Shown: positions 10,619-21,189, numbered from the stretch's first letter. The stretch is 64,000 nucleotides of DNA from an uncultured Candidatus Bathyarchaeia archaeon (GCA_964508155.1 CAZDRE010000004.1:58989-122988); one strand, 5' to 3'. Translations and numbers: made by a program. The notes: a model not told the origin generated them from the letters alone.

Positions 10619-10696
10619 TGGAGCCCCGGGCGGGATTTGAACCCGCGACCTGCGGCTTACGAGGCCGCTGCTATAACCGGGCTTAGCTACCGGGGC
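10619..10696 (-). tRNA. tRNA-Thr(CGT), intronless, CCA encoded
   Basis: Reverse complement GCCCCGG TA GCTA AGCCCGGTTA TAGC A GCGGC CTCGTAA GCCGC AGGTC GCGGG TTCAAAT CCCGC CCGGGGC T CCA folds as a full cloverleaf. Confidence 0.95.
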
Positions 10697-10806
10697 TGAG
10701 TCCTCCAAATTAGGCTAATTGCAGAGGACCCTTTTATTTTTATCACTTTGGGGTTAAAAGGTATTTTGGACGGGTAAGCTTTACTTATCCTTTCTGCTAT
10801 TTTTGG

Positions 10807-11820
10807 TTGAGGGCATCGTTGTTGCGCGACTTGGAGGCTTTGGGGGAGAGAAAGATAATCCGACTGATCTGGAAGTATCTGGATCGTATGCCTGATCTAG
10901 CCTTGGATCTCGGAGATGACGTCTCAGCCGTTAAAATTGGCGGTGGCAGGGTTGCCGTTTTGAAGACCGATATGCTCGTCGGCGAGACTGACGTGCCTCC
11001 AGGCATGAGTCTTAGGCAAGCTGCGAGAAAAGCCGTTGTGATGAATATAAGCGACTTTGCAGCTAAGGGAGTTAAGCCCTTAGCTATGCTCGTTTCCTTG
11101 GGTTTACCTCGAAGCCTTAGTGAGGATGATATTAGAGATATTGGAGCTGGATTGGGCGATGCTGCCCGGGAATACTCCACCTACATTATCGGCGGAGATA
11201 CAAATGAGGCTTCAGACTTGATAATCAGTTGCTCACTGCTCGGATTCAGCAAAGAAAGAAAAGTGATTAGTCGCGGCGGCGCTAGGCCGGGTGACATAGT
11301 AGCCGTTACCGGAGAGTTTGGAAAGACATCTGCTGGTCTTAAGATTCTACTTGAGGGACTATCAGCCCCAAAGGAGGCCGCGGAGAAATTAAAGGAGGCT
11401 GTGTTCATTCCGAGAGCAAGGCTGAGGGAGGGACTGGCTCTCTCAGAAGCCGGGGTTCTCTCAGCCTCAATAGATTCAAGCGACGGCTTAGCCATGAGCC
11501 TATATGAACTTTCAGATGCAAGCGACGTTGGCTTCATAATTGATCATGTGCCTATAGCCAAGGAGGCTGTTAGATTCGCTGATATCCACGGTCTCGACCC
11601 CTACGATTTAAGTCTTTATGGAGGAGAGGAGTACGAGCTCATAGTTACGGTTAGGCCTCAACTTTGGGAGGCTGCTGAGAGGGCAATCGCTGATGTGGGC
11701 GGCACTCTCATAAGGATAGGGAGGGTTATTAGAGAGAAAAGAATAGAGCTCAGAATTAATGGGGAGATAAGAAATATAGAACGTAGAGGCTGGGAACACT
11801 TTAAAATGGAAAGGCCGTGA
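10807..11820 (+). CDS. thiL: thiamine-monophosphate kinase
   Basis: GERKII, GDD, KTDML, NISDFAAKG, GGDT, DSSDGL, GGEEYEL, GWEHF. Confidence 0.93.
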   Translation: MRASLLRDLEALGERKIIRLIWKYLDRMPDLALDLGDDVSAVKIGGGRVAVLKTDMLVGETDVPPGMSLRQAARKAVVMNISDFAAKGVKPLAMLVSLGLPRSLSEDDIRDIGAGLGDAAREYSTYIIGGDTNEASDLIISCSLLGFSKERKVISRGGARPGDIVAVTGEFGKTSAGLKILLEGLSAPKEAAEKLKEAVFIPRARLREGLALSEAGVLSASIDSSDGLAMSLYELSDASDVGFIIDHVPIAKEAVRFADIHGLDPYDLSLYGGEEYELIVTVRPQLWEAAERAIADVGGTLIRIGRVIREKRIELRINGEIRNIERRGWEHFKMERP

Positions 11821-12090
11821 CTTGAGACTGAGCCCATCAATCAGTAAACGAATATATGAGCCCACAGTGTCCCTGCCAACTTAAACAAATTCTTTGTTTT
11901 ATATGTGTTCATCTTCTAATCCCATCTTTATGGCTGAGTCTAGTTCCGATGCGTCGCTCACTCTTCCTTACAATCCTTGTATGAACAGCTCGGAAGTATT
12001 GGTTATAGATGTGGCATAGTAGTGTTCTATGCCTAGAGCCTATAGTTTTCAGATAGTTTAGAACAGCAATACGAGCAGCTAAGAGAAGAT

Positions 12091-12945
12091 TTATAGTTCT
12101 AGCGTGTCACCAGTCCTTAGCGGAATACAATCCTCCTCGAATGCGCTCTTAAACATCTCCGTTGCCTCTTTACCTGTGCAGTGACATGGACAGATCATCT
12201 CTGGATTTAACGCCGCTAGATCATCTATAGTCCACCTTATCCTTTTCTCATCTGCATTTATCATGTGGAATCCTCCGATTACGGCGTATATCTTCTCGAC
12301 CTTCATTAACCTCTTTGAGTGCGTAACTGTGTTTATTATTCCTGAATGTGCACATCCGGATATTATGACAAGCCCCCTCCCATCAATCTTAAAGATTACA
12401 GACTGGTCATCCAAGAGGATATCGGGAAGGAAGCGCTCTCTACTCACCGTCCATAAGCCCTCAATCTTCTCGTATGAGGTAACTCGCTCTATCTCTCCGG
12501 TCGTTGATACTCCATCCATGAGTTGAACAGGGCTTCTGGAGAGAAGAAGGGAAGCTCCGAGGCTCTCGATCTCCGCTCTTGTGAATGGCACTCCAATATA
12601 AGTTAAAGTGGGCTTAAAGCTGAATTTAGGCTCAAAAGCCGATGGATGGGCGATTATCGGGATTCTTCTATCGATATGTTTTAGGACTTCAGGTAATCCT
12701 CCGGTATGATCGTAATGTCCATGAGTAAGGATTACTCCCTTAACTTCAGAGAGGTCTATTCCTAACGCGTTGACATTTCTTTTGAGAGTCTCGGATGATG
12801 GACCTGTATCGATGAGGAAGGCAAATATCCCATCCTTGGTTTTCGCTTCTGCAAATATGCATAAGCCATGCTTCGCTTGTAAATCTGGCATTTTGGGATT
12901 TCGCTGATCCTCAACTACAACCGTTAATTTAAGGCTCTTAACCAT
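12091..12945 (-). CDS. MBL-fold metallo-hydrolase (MJ0301/dihydropteroate-synthase-like family)
   Basis: HGLC, DTG, THGHYDHTGG, DDQS, GCAHSG, GGFH, CHCTG. Confidence 0.85.
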   Translation of the reverse strand: MVKSLKLTVVVEDQRNPKMPDLQAKHGLCIFAEAKTKDGIFAFLIDTGPSSETLKRNVNALGIDLSEVKGVILTHGHYDHTGGLPEVLKHIDRRIPIIAHPSAFEPKFSFKPTLTYIGVPFTRAEIESLGASLLLSRSPVQLMDGVSTTGEIERVTSYEKIEGLWTVSRERFLPDILLDDQSVIFKIDGRGLVIISGCAHSGIINTVTHSKRLMKVEKIYAVIGGFHMINADEKRIRWTIDDLAALNPEMICPCHCTGKEATEMFKSAFEEDCIPLRTGDTLEL

Positions 12946-13283
12946 CTAGTTCTCACCTTAATTTTTCACCACATCCTCATTTATCATTTATTAAAAATCA
13001 TGTGGAACTTAGCCGTTTTCGGTTTAAGTAACTTTTAGAAGCGCCATGCAAAGCAATTCCGAGAAGCGCTGATTTTAGCTCATTTATGTTTAACCTGTTT
13101 TTTCAGCTTCACTTTGAAGATGGTTAAAGATGGAGATTTAAATCTCGCAAAGCCGAAATTGAGGAAGCCCATTCGTAGAGTACCCAACCACTGCCAGAAA
13201 GCCGCACAATTCCATGCTAAATCATATAGCAGGAAAGAGACAAATGTTTTTGAGATGAGTTCATAGTTAGGAGAGGTTAATCA

Positions 13284-14197
13284 ATGGGTATTGCCGACCT
13301 TCATATACACATGGGATATGCTGATCACCTTAAATATATCAGCGTAGAAGACGTTGTGAAAGCCGCTATTAGACATGATGTTAATCTTATCGGCATAGTA
13401 GATCATTACGAAGGACATGAACATGATGTGATAGTTAACAAGATCAAAGGGCAAGTTGAACAAGTTAGGAGGAAATTTCCAGAAGTTGAAATCCTTTTCG
13501 GCATGGAAACTAGCGTTCTTACAGTGGATGGAGAGATTAATATTAAACCTAAAATTGCCCGCAAACTCGATTTCCTAATAGTAGGGATGCATCATATACC
13601 TGCTGGAGGAAAGTGTCTTCCTTACGAGATGAAAGGAAAAATTTCTATTGGAGAGGTCAGGAATAATCCAGAATTTCAATCTTTCCTTCAGAAATTCAGT
13701 TTTGAGGATCTGATTGATGACTGGCAAAAGACTACTCTTTCCCTCATGCATAATCCTCTCATCAGCATCTATGCACATCCAGTTCAATGGCCATTTGTAG
13801 TGATGAGGAAGTTCTTGCCGAGAAGGAAATGGCTAATAAGCAAAATTGAAGACATTATTCCGCCACAGGTCGCTCAGGATATCTTCTCTGCTGCAAAAGA
13901 AGCAGCGTAGCGTGGGAGGTGAATAACGAATATCTTCCTCCAAAATATAGAGTCGATAACAGGTATGTATGCTGTGTAAACGGAAGAAATAGCTGGTCGG
14001 GGATGATCGACCTCTTTAGAATGATAGGTAAATTTGGTGTAAAGGTATCTTTGGGTACCGATGCGCATTGCCCTGATGAATTGGAAAGGGTAGGTAGATT
14101 AGAAAATGCCAGAGAGTTACTCAGACTTGCAAAAGTCAACAAAGAAAACGTCATCTTAAGAAGAGAGCATCTTCGATGTTGCAGCGCTTCCAAATAA
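13284..14197 (+). pseudogene. PHP-family phosphoesterase interrupted by a 1-nt frameshift
   Basis: ORF 13284-13910 has DLHIH, DH, GME, HP; the adjacent frame continues VAWEVNN...GTDAH (ORF 13919-14197), completing one PHP domain. Confidence 0.75.
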
Positions 14198-14396
14198 CCG
14201 GTTTAGGCCTTAACCCTCTCTTTAAGTTTCGATGTGACATTTAATCCCTCGAACGTTAACTACTGAAGTCTAATCAAACCACAGGAGACGAGGGAACTGC
14301 TTCATCCAGCCAAATATTCAAAAAATTTGTGCTTTTGATATGTTTAGGCTGCGAAAATCCTATTAGGGTTTTAAGGAAAGTTATGGTGGATGATCG

Positions 14397-15053
14397 ATGG
14401 GACGAACAATAACGAGAATATACCGGATCTTAGAGTTGGAAGAGCCCGTTGCGATTGCTGGTTTTCCCGGGGTTGGAGATGTAGGAAGCCTTGTCACAAA
14501 GATGCTAGTAAACTTTTTAAGGGCTGATCTCATCGGAGAATTGTATTCGTCCAACTTTCAAGATTTCGTCTTCATCAATAAAAGTGGGATTTGCCACCCG
14601 CCACGCTACGAATTTTATGTGGTAAGGGAAAGACAAGATCTTTTGATAGTTACTGGCGATGGTTATCCAGCCTTTGAGGATATTCCGGGACACTATGAAG
14701 TCTGCGACGACATCCTCGATTTCATAAGTAAATTTGGATGTAAATTTATAGTGGTGATTGACGGCGTTCCTGCAGTAACGCCGCAAAATGGAATATTTGT
14801 GGCCGCGACATCTAAGCGGATACTCCCGCAGATAACTGAGAGAGGAGCATCTCTATACAGGAACAGAAAGATCGTTGGGCTTTCTGGATTAATTTTAGGC
14901 TTAGCGGAGAGGCGCGGATTAGAAGGCTTATGTATCCTTGCATCGGCTTCAAGATATGATAAAGATGAGAAGGTAGCGTTTAGAGCATATAAATTCTTGA
15001 TGGATCTTCTTAAGAGCGATCTCTTGCATGGAGATTCTAGTCTACTCGATTAA
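14397..15053 (+). CDS. PAC2-family proteasome assembly chaperone-like protein
   Basis: AGFPGVGDVG, IVGLSGLILG, GLCIL, D..A motifs. Confidence 0.8.
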   Translation: MGRTITRIYRILELEEPVAIAGFPGVGDVGSLVTKMLVNFLRADLIGELYSSNFQDFVFINKSGICHPPRYEFYVVRERQDLLIVTGDGYPAFEDIPGHYEVCDDILDFISKFGCKFIVVIDGVPAVTPQNGIFVAATSKRILPQITERGASLYRNRKIVGLSGLILGLAERRGLEGLCILASASRYDKDEKVAFRAYKFLMDLLKSDLLHGDSSLLD

Positions 15054-15713
15054 TCTCATAGTCCATAAGATGCCGTTGAGCAGATGCTTCTGGAACCACT
15101 CCTGATGCCAGATTTCCTTGTAATGGCCGAAACCCGTATAGAATACTCTTGCCTTCCCATAGTTGTGGCACCAACATAGGGCATAATCATTATCTTCTCT
15201 TGTTCCCTTGCTGAGATCCACTGAACTGTTGTCCAGACTGATCAATACATGCGTCCTATCTCTACTCCAATCCTTAAATGTATAAATCTCCTCCTTCACC
15301 TTAAATGATCTCGGCAGGTGCCTTGTTGATGGATGCGTTGGATCCTCAACCTTAACTGTTACTACTTGATTCCATGGATGCCCCATGAAATATCCCCCTA
15401 TCATCCTTCCATATTCTGGGAATGTATAGAATGTATCCGTTGCGTTATGGACTCCAATAAATGCCTTTCCATTCCTTATCGATTCGATGAAATCTTGTCT
15501 CTGCTCCTCCGATATTGGCAATTCTCCAGTTGTAGCGAAGAGAATTGCGTCGAATCGCTTCAGATCCTCCTTATTTAGGAGGTCACATTCATCGGTTGCG
15601 ACAACCTCAAAGAGTCCTGATCTCCTTCCTAGCATGGTAACGACTTCTCTCGCTGTTGGGAGATAATCATGCTTATATCCTGCGGAGTGTGTCACCATTA
15701 GAAGCCTCTTCAC
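15042..15713 (-). CDS. ThuA-like (class I glutamine amidotransferase fold) protein
   Basis: GYKH, GVHNATD, GGYF.GHP, EEIY, YGKARVFYTGFGH. Confidence 0.85.
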   Translation of the reverse strand: MKRLLMVTHSAGYKHDYLPTAREVVTMLGRRSGLFEVVATDECDLLNKEDLKRFDAILFATTGELPISEEQRQDFIESIRNGKAFIGVHNATDTFYTFPEYGRMIGGYFMGHPWNQVVTVKVEDPTHPSTRHLPRSFKVKEEIYTFKDWSRDRTHVLISLDNSSVDLSKGTREDNDYALCWCHNYGKARVFYTGFGHYKEIWHQEWFQKHLLNGILWTMRLIE

Positions 15714-15778
15714 ATCCTTAACCTCCTAAACAGTTATAGAATTCCGGGATATTTAAGGTCACCTTTACATGAAATTGC

Positions 15779-16864
15779 TCATCCGAGGCTTCCTATGGCC
15801 TTTCCTCTCACGTTCTTTCTGAATTCACTACTCTCATGAGCCAGGCGATCCATATTTTCAGGTTTGATCCTTTCTATTTTTGGAGCCTCATCCTCTGGAA
15901 GAGCCTTCAGCTTTGCAACTAAAGAGGGCTCGCATATTTCTTTTAATGATGATGTTGGCCACTCCTCTATGATACGAAGTATTCCTTCCTTGCCGATCTT
16001 TCTGAAGAGATCAGCCAGAATGGAAATTATCACCGTATTATGCGACATAACTGCTATCTCAGCTTCCCTTATGGCATACTGGTTTCCATTGAATGAGACC
16101 GTCAATCCGCCTCCTTCTCGAACCAGCCGGAATGGATCAACGTCAGTTATGCTATCGCCAAAGTATATTACATCCGAGAGATTAGATTCCATCTTCTCAG
16201 TTATCTCCTTAATGGCATTTGCCTTCTCGAATCCGCCTACTGGATTCACTTCTCTAAGCATTCTTCCGGCCTCCATTTCTGAGAACTCAAGCCAGAAGAT
16301 CTCATCAAGTCTTCTTACGGCACTTTGAACCTCTTCGGGTAGATCCTCCAATCTTCTCGCTCCTTCAGGTATCCTTAACGTTGGCATCCGTAAAATCTCA
16401 TCTCTGAACTTCTTTATTCGCTCGGTTTCTTCTTCGCTTAGAACATACTTATCAATATCGACTCTTGTGCAGTAGGCATTTTCCTTTGGGAACCCTATGA
16501 TGTCGCATAGAGCCTTAATATAATGTTCATAGCTTGTGCTCACAATGAATGAAGGCATAATCCCATATACAAATTTTAATGTTTCATCGGCTCCGGGAAC
16601 TAGGAGTATATTCTTTGACGAGTAATCCCTCATTTTCTCGTTTGTGACGCCATAAGCCTTTAGGAATGGAAGTATTAGTTTCAACGTGTCTCCGGCCTTA
16701 TAGCCCGGTCTCTTAACTATATCAGCCTCTATATCGTCGTATCGGCTGATTATCGTGAAGAGCTTATCTCCATCTGGTATAAAGTGACTTGCCAATTCAA
16801 ATGCATTATCATTCTTTGATATAGGTCCTTCACAGTCGGTTATGAATATTGCCTTGCGGCTCAT
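15779..16864 (-). CDS. HAD-superfamily protein (COG4030/EhaR-like)
   Basis: TDCEGPISKNDNA, STSY, GDSITD, SFNGN; ATGA overlap with purD stop. Confidence 0.8.
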   Translation of the reverse strand: MSRKAIFITDCEGPISKNDNAFELASHFIPDGDKLFTIISRYDDIEADIVKRPGYKAGDTLKLILPFLKAYGVTNEKMRDYSSKNILLVPGADETLKFVYGIMPSFIVSTSYEHYIKALCDIIGFPKENAYCTRVDIDKYVLSEEETERIKKFRDEILRMPTLRIPEGARRLEDLPEEVQSAVRRLDEIFWLEFSEMEAGRMLREVNPVGGFEKANAIKEITEKMESNLSDVIYFGDSITDVDPFRLVREGGGLTVSFNGNQYAIREAEIAVMSHNTVIISILADLFRKIGKEGILRIIEEWPTSSLKEICEPSLVAKLKALPEDEAPKIERIKPENMDRLAHESSEFRKNVRGKAIGSLG

Positions 16865-18279
16865 CGGCTTCTCTTCAGCTCCTTCATGTGCCTTATACTC
16901 CTAGATATATGCTCCTCAGATGCTATGTCCGTTCTATACCATAATGCCCCGCCCTTTATTGCCTTTAAACCCTCCAGAGATATATTTCTGGCCTCTTGGA
17001 TCGTTTCTCCGATACCGACCGTGCAGATCGTTCTGGATTTAAGCGCATAGAACCTTCCATCCTCCCTAAGCTCCATCGAGCCTGGATATATTCTCATCTT
17101 ATCCCCATACTTCGATCTTATCTTCTCAGCTTCTTCTAGAATTATGGGCGTTCCAATCTCGTCTCGCTTAACCTTCTCCGGGAAGAACTTATCGTATTCG
17201 CCGTAGCTTGGTGGAACCTTGTATGTGACGACTGTTGCCTTTTCTTCGACTTCGACGCGCGTTAGTGAACCCTCGATCATCTTTAAACATACCTCAACGA
17301 AGTCATCCTTCAGTATTGGAAGGATATTCATTATCTCGGGATCTCCAGGCCGACTGTTATTTTCGAGGATCATCGGGCCCTTAGCCGTATGAATGAATGC
17401 GACATAGAATGGTATGCCTCGGATTTCAGGATTCGATTCATTTCCCCTTAGTCTATTGAATATTCTCTCCACTATTGCCTTTTCCTTTTCCCAGTCACTT
17501 CTATCCATGAATGGCAAATAAGAGCCCGTATCTTTATAGGAGCCCATGCCCCCAGTGTTTGGGCCTTTATCGCCGTCAAAGGCTCTCTTATAATCGCGCG
17601 TTTCAGGAAGTGGGACGAGATGCCTCCCGTCACAGAACGCTTGAAAACTAGACTCCTCGCCTTCTATCTTCTCCTCAACTATAACGGGGCCTTCCTTAAA
17701 GTTCGCCATGAAGTGCTCATATATCTCCTCGCGTGTATTGAAGTGATCTCCCCAGACTCCAACTCCCTTTCCGGCGGCCGGCCGGTCTGGCTTAACGGCT
17801 ACCCTATTCTCCAGTTCATCCAACCATTTAAAAAGCTCCTTCCTCACATCACCTGTGCTCTTAAAATCCTTTGGATCGAAGATCTTGAATCTAGGATTAA
17901 CTTCAGGAGCGACCTCTTGAAAGAGTAGTCTTTGAGACACCTTACTCTTTTCGATAGCATATTTCTCAGTCGGACAGATAGATGGGATTCCAAGTTTTTC
18001 CTCTAAAAGATCTCTTAGTCCCCCTATTATCGGCTTTTCCGGCCCGACCACCGCAAAATCTATTTTGTCCTTGTGCATCGAGGCAAACTTATAGATCTCT
18101 TTTGGGTCAAGCGTGGGAATCACGACATGCTCCTTTGCAAATTTAATATTGAAGGGGTTTCTTTGCCTATCAGCGACGTAGGCTTCTACGTCATATTCCC
18201 CGCTTCTAAGCAGTGAATCAAGGATTGCAACCCCTCTGGAGCCATAGGAGACTACGAGCACTCCTATCTTCTCCACCAA
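16861..18279 (-). CDS. purD: phosphoribosylamine--glycine ligase
   Basis: VGPE, KP...GKGV, DYKRAFDGDKGPNTGGMG, ENNSRPGDPE, YRTDI. Confidence 0.92.
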   Translation of the reverse strand: MVEKIGVLVVSYGSRGVAILDSLLRSGEYDVEAYVADRQRNPFNIKFAKEHVVIPTLDPKEIYKFASMHKDKIDFAVVGPEKPIIGGLRDLLEEKLGIPSICPTEKYAIEKSKVSQRLLFQEVAPEVNPRFKIFDPKDFKSTGDVRKELFKWLDELENRVAVKPDRPAAGKGVGVWGDHFNTREEIYEHFMANFKEGPVIVEEKIEGEESSFQAFCDGRHLVPLPETRDYKRAFDGDKGPNTGGMGSYKDTGSYLPFMDRSDWEKEKAIVERIFNRLRGNESNPEIRGIPFYVAFIHTAKGPMILENNSRPGDPEIMNILPILKDDFVEVCLKMIEGSLTRVEVEEKATVVTYKVPPSYGEYDKFFPEKVKRDEIGTPIILEEAEKIRSKYGDKMRIYPGSMELREDGRFYALKSRTICTVGIGETIQEARNISLEGLKAIKGGALWYRTDIASEEHISRSIRHMKELKRSR

Positions 18280-18342
18280 ATCCGGTCACCTTCACTCAAA
18301 CTTTATTATTCACCTAAAAATAATTTAGATACTGTTAAGGGA

Positions 18343-19155
18343 TTATCTTGTGAGCTCTCTGAAGAGCGCGTGATAATATTTCATCAGTCTTTTAGGTTCA
18401 CGGCTCTCCGGAATCTCAGCTAAGCAATATCGATTATATCCTGAAGCTTTTAGTAGATTGAATAGTTCACGCCATGGATAAGTCTCATCGTAAAGCTCAC
18501 GAATATGAACTGAGCGTATCCAATCTTTAACTAGATTGAATGTATCTCTTATTGTGCCATTAATCACATCTGTGGGATTCGAGTTCCAGCAGACACCTAC
18601 ACTTTTATGATCGGCGATCTCCATTATTCTCCTAATGTAGCGAAGGTCGCTCGTTCCTCTACCATGAACCTCTAACCAAACTTCAACCCCAAACTTCTCG
18701 GCATACTCTCCGCATTCACGAAGCGACTCTCCAATCTGCCTCAAAGTATACTCTACGGGAATTCCCTTTTCAATTTGAAGCCCGTTAGGCCTGACCTTAA
18801 CTCCTAAAGCTCCAACATCATATGCAAGCTCGATAAATCTCTTAGTCAACTCTATATTTTGATATACTTCTTCCTTCTCAACTGCATGATACTCGCATGT
18901 TGTTCCGAGACTAAGCAGTCTGATGGGGGATTTCTCAAAGGTGTTCCTTACGGCTCTCCTCTGTTCCTTACTTAACGACGGCTCAACACCATGAGCGTGT
19001 GTTGTTCTCAATTCAACGGCCTCAAAGCCGGTCTCAGAGCACATCTTAATTATTGTGGGTATATCCCAGCTCCTCGCAAGATTATATGTTACTAAACCCA
19101 ATTTGAGCATAATTAATCCCTTCATAATAATTCGCTGATCTACCCTTATCTTCAT
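18343..19155 (-). CDS. sugar phosphate isomerase/epimerase (xylose isomerase-like TIM barrel)
   Basis: GFEAVELR, LEVHG, VHI; true start probably MLKLGLV. Confidence 0.8.
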   Translation of the reverse strand: MKIRVDQRIIMKGLIMLKLGLVTYNLARSWDIPTIIKMCSETGFEAVELRTTHAHGVEPSLSKEQRRAVRNTFEKSPIRLLSLGTTCEYHAVEKEEVYQNIELTKRFIELAYDVGALGVKVRPNGLQIEKGIPVEYTLRQIGESLRECGEYAEKFGVEVWLEVHGRGTSDLRYIRRIMEIADHKSVGVCWNSNPTDVINGTIRDTFNLVKDWIRSVHIRELYDETYPWRELFNLLKASGYNRYCLAEIPESREPKRLMKYYHALFRELTR

Positions 19156-19240
19156 TAGATGGTAGCATGCTTAAAATATTAAGGCTTCCCATCCGAGCCT
19201 GAAACGATAACCTTATATTTAACCTATCTCATTCAAGATT

Positions 19241-19307
19241 GCTAACATCCAAGGGGAAACCGCGGTCGGATCTGCCGGCCAAAACTGGTTTTTCTGAGGA
19301 TGTTAGT
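19241..19307 (+). ncRNA. putative structured RNA (extended three-stem hairpin): sRNA or 5' leader of ssb-TRAM
   Basis: GCTAACATCC/GGATGTTAGT, GGGAAACC/GGTTTTTC and GGTCGG/CCGGCC nested stems with G-U pairs; TATA-like TTATATTT at 19213-19220. Confidence 0.5.
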
Positions 19308-19477
19308 TCCGCGACGTGGGACGAAAGATTAGATGGCTAAGAAATACTTAAACGCTGAAGGTTCAAGTTTAGACTTTCTAATTATTTCTGGAAAGAAACC
19401 TTCTACAACCGCTGGATCGAACCAACAGTTTTTTTATAATGTTCAAAATGGTCGCGGATAATGGCTGAAAAGGAGGG

Positions 19478-19774
19478 GTGAAATTGAGAATTGGAGATTT
19501 GAGACAAGGAATGAGAAAAGTGGACGTGCAGGGAAAGGTGTTAGAGGTATCTGAGCCTAGGGAGGTTCGGTCAAGATATACTGGACAGACGTTCAGAGTG
19601 GCCGAGGCGACAATAACTGATGGAACTGGAACGATAAAGCTCGTTTTATGGAATGATCAGATCGACAAAGTGAATGTAGATGATACCGTAAAGATCGAAA
19701 ATGGTTACATCAAGACTTTCCGAGGAGAAATCCAGCTTAACGTTGGCAAATATGGTAGATTAACGGTGCTTTAA
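19478..19774 (+). CDS. ssb: single OB-fold single-stranded DNA-binding protein (crenarchaeal SSB/RPA-like)
   Basis: IGDL..GM..V, VAEATITDGTGTIKLVLWN, IENGY, LNVGKYG; GGAGG upstream. Confidence 0.85.
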   Translation: MKLRIGDLRQGMRKVDVQGKVLEVSEPREVRSRYTGQTFRVAEATITDGTGTIKLVLWNDQIDKVNVDDTVKIENGYIKTFRGEIQLNVGKYGRLTVL

Positions 19775-19805
19775 GAGCAGGTTTCTTTTCATGTTTAAAA
19801 TATAA

Positions 19806-20084
19806 GTGGAGGTGAGTATGCTGGAGCATAGAAAGGAGAACAGAAGAGGGAGACTTGGAAGAGAACGCAACAGGCGGCTTTTACCTAAGCCAGTAGAGGT
19901 TGGGGAAGAATACGATGTGGACATCAGGGAACTCAGTAGAAGAGGAGATGGTGTGGCGAGAATTAAGGGCTTAGTAACATTCGTTCCGAATACAAAGCCA
20001 GGGGATCATTTGAAAGTAAGGATAACACGGGTAGGCCGAAGATTCGCGGAGGCTAAAGTTGTCGCAGAGACTACTAGTGAATAA
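19806..20084 (+). CDS. single TRAM-domain RNA chaperone
   Basis: PKPVEVGEEYDVDI...RGDGVARIKG..TFVPNTKPGD. Confidence 0.88.
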   Translation: MEVSMLEHRKENRRGRLGRERNRRLLPKPVEVGEEYDVDIRELSRRGDGVARIKGLVTFVPNTKPGDHLKVRITRVGRRFAEAKVVAETTSE

Positions 20085-20133
20085 TACTGGGCCCGGTGTT
20101 AACTCTCATGCGATTGTATTAGGACTTTAGCTT

Positions 20134-21183
20134 TCATACATGTCCTTTTTTCATCCAGGCCTCCAAACCCGGCTGATTCATCAGTCTTTGGGCAGACTTC
20201 AACCTCTGAATTGCCCTTTTAACGCGGAGTTTTGAGAATCCCTTTTCATCACATAGGAATTCATAGAGTTCATCCTCCAAGATTGGGCCATATTCTACAT
20301 GATACTCGTCTGTAACGTTAGGTTCTAAGAAGATCCTTCTGATCTCCTCATACTCCGGAGTTACCCTTTCTCTTAGATCGCAGGGAAGATTCTCAATTCT
20401 TCCGTATTTTCTGATTAGTTTTAAGGCAGTCTTCGGCCCAACTCCCTTAACTCCATCATTAAAGTCTGTTCCTACAAGAACTGCTAAATCTACGAGCTGT
20501 TCATGCGTTATTTTTATCTTTGATAGAAATTCTCTGAGGATTATCAATTCTGGCTTTAAAGGCCGAGAGATGCCTTTACTTGGGAGAAATTCCCTTCCAG
20601 TTACCGTTAAGTATCTTACGAGCCTCGGGGTTCCAAAGAGGAGAGAATCGTAATCTCGACTGCTTGAGGCCCATACAACTCCCTTCTTCGCCATGTACGC
20701 TGCTTGAGCCTCAGCCTCAGATGGAGCTTGAACCCACGGTATCCCCAGGAGGCTAAGGAGCCTTTTGGCGTCATCGATCATCTCTGAAGTTAAGATTCCA
20801 GTCATTACGGCTTTAGAGAAGGCCTTCGCATAATCGCCTCTCGTCAGGGCTTCACGCCATTCCCTCAGCGCCTTTTCTCTGGCTTTACGTCTCTTCTCGA
20901 TCTCTTTCATCTTAAGCGCTGGAGGTTTCCCATCAAATATGAAAACCAACGATAAATGATAATTTGAGATTAAATGGATGGTTCTATATAGAAGACCGAC
21001 AAGATGAGACGTCACTGTTCCGTCTGGGCTCATTAACGGAGAAGTAGTCCTCGTCCGGATGAGGGCTAGAAATTGATATAGGAAGTTATTCGCATCTACA
21101 GCGAGGGATTTACCTCTCAAATCGCTTAGCCGAATATCATTCTTCACAACTATCGGTGTTAGGTTGACTCCCAAATTTCCCAC
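20134..21183 (-). CDS. fen: flap endonuclease 1
   Basis: DANNFLYQFL, FDGKPP, APSEAEAQ, DYDSLLFG, GTDFN.GVKGVGPK, PIP box QPGLEAW. Confidence 0.95.
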   Translation of the reverse strand: MGNLGVNLTPIVVKNDIRLSDLRGKSLAVDANNFLYQFLALIRTRTTSPLMSPDGTVTSHLVGLLYRTIHLISNYHLSLVFIFDGKPPALKMKEIEKRRKAREKALREWREALTRGDYAKAFSKAVMTGILTSEMIDDAKRLLSLLGIPWVQAPSEAEAQAAYMAKKGVVWASSSRDYDSLLFGTPRLVRYLTVTGREFLPSKGISRPLKPELIILREFLSKIKITHEQLVDLAVLVGTDFNDGVKGVGPKTALKLIRKYGRIENLPCDLRERVTPEYEEIRRIFLEPNVTDEYHVEYGPILEDELYEFLCDEKGFSKLRVKRAIQRLKSAQRLMNQPGLEAWMKKGHV

Positions 21184-21189
21184 ACATAC

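Noticed and set aside
10619..10696. Integrated element at tRNA-Thr
   Set aside because: No integrase in the window and no duplicate of the tRNA 3' end noticed.
12013..12033. Hairpin GGCATAG-N7-CTATGCC between the convergent thiL and MBL genes
   Set aside because: A single short stem without a U-tract; it could be chance or gene debris.
13133..13146. Perfect palindrome GAGATTTAAATCTC
   Set aside because: Only one copy noticed and no associated regulator; insufficient support.
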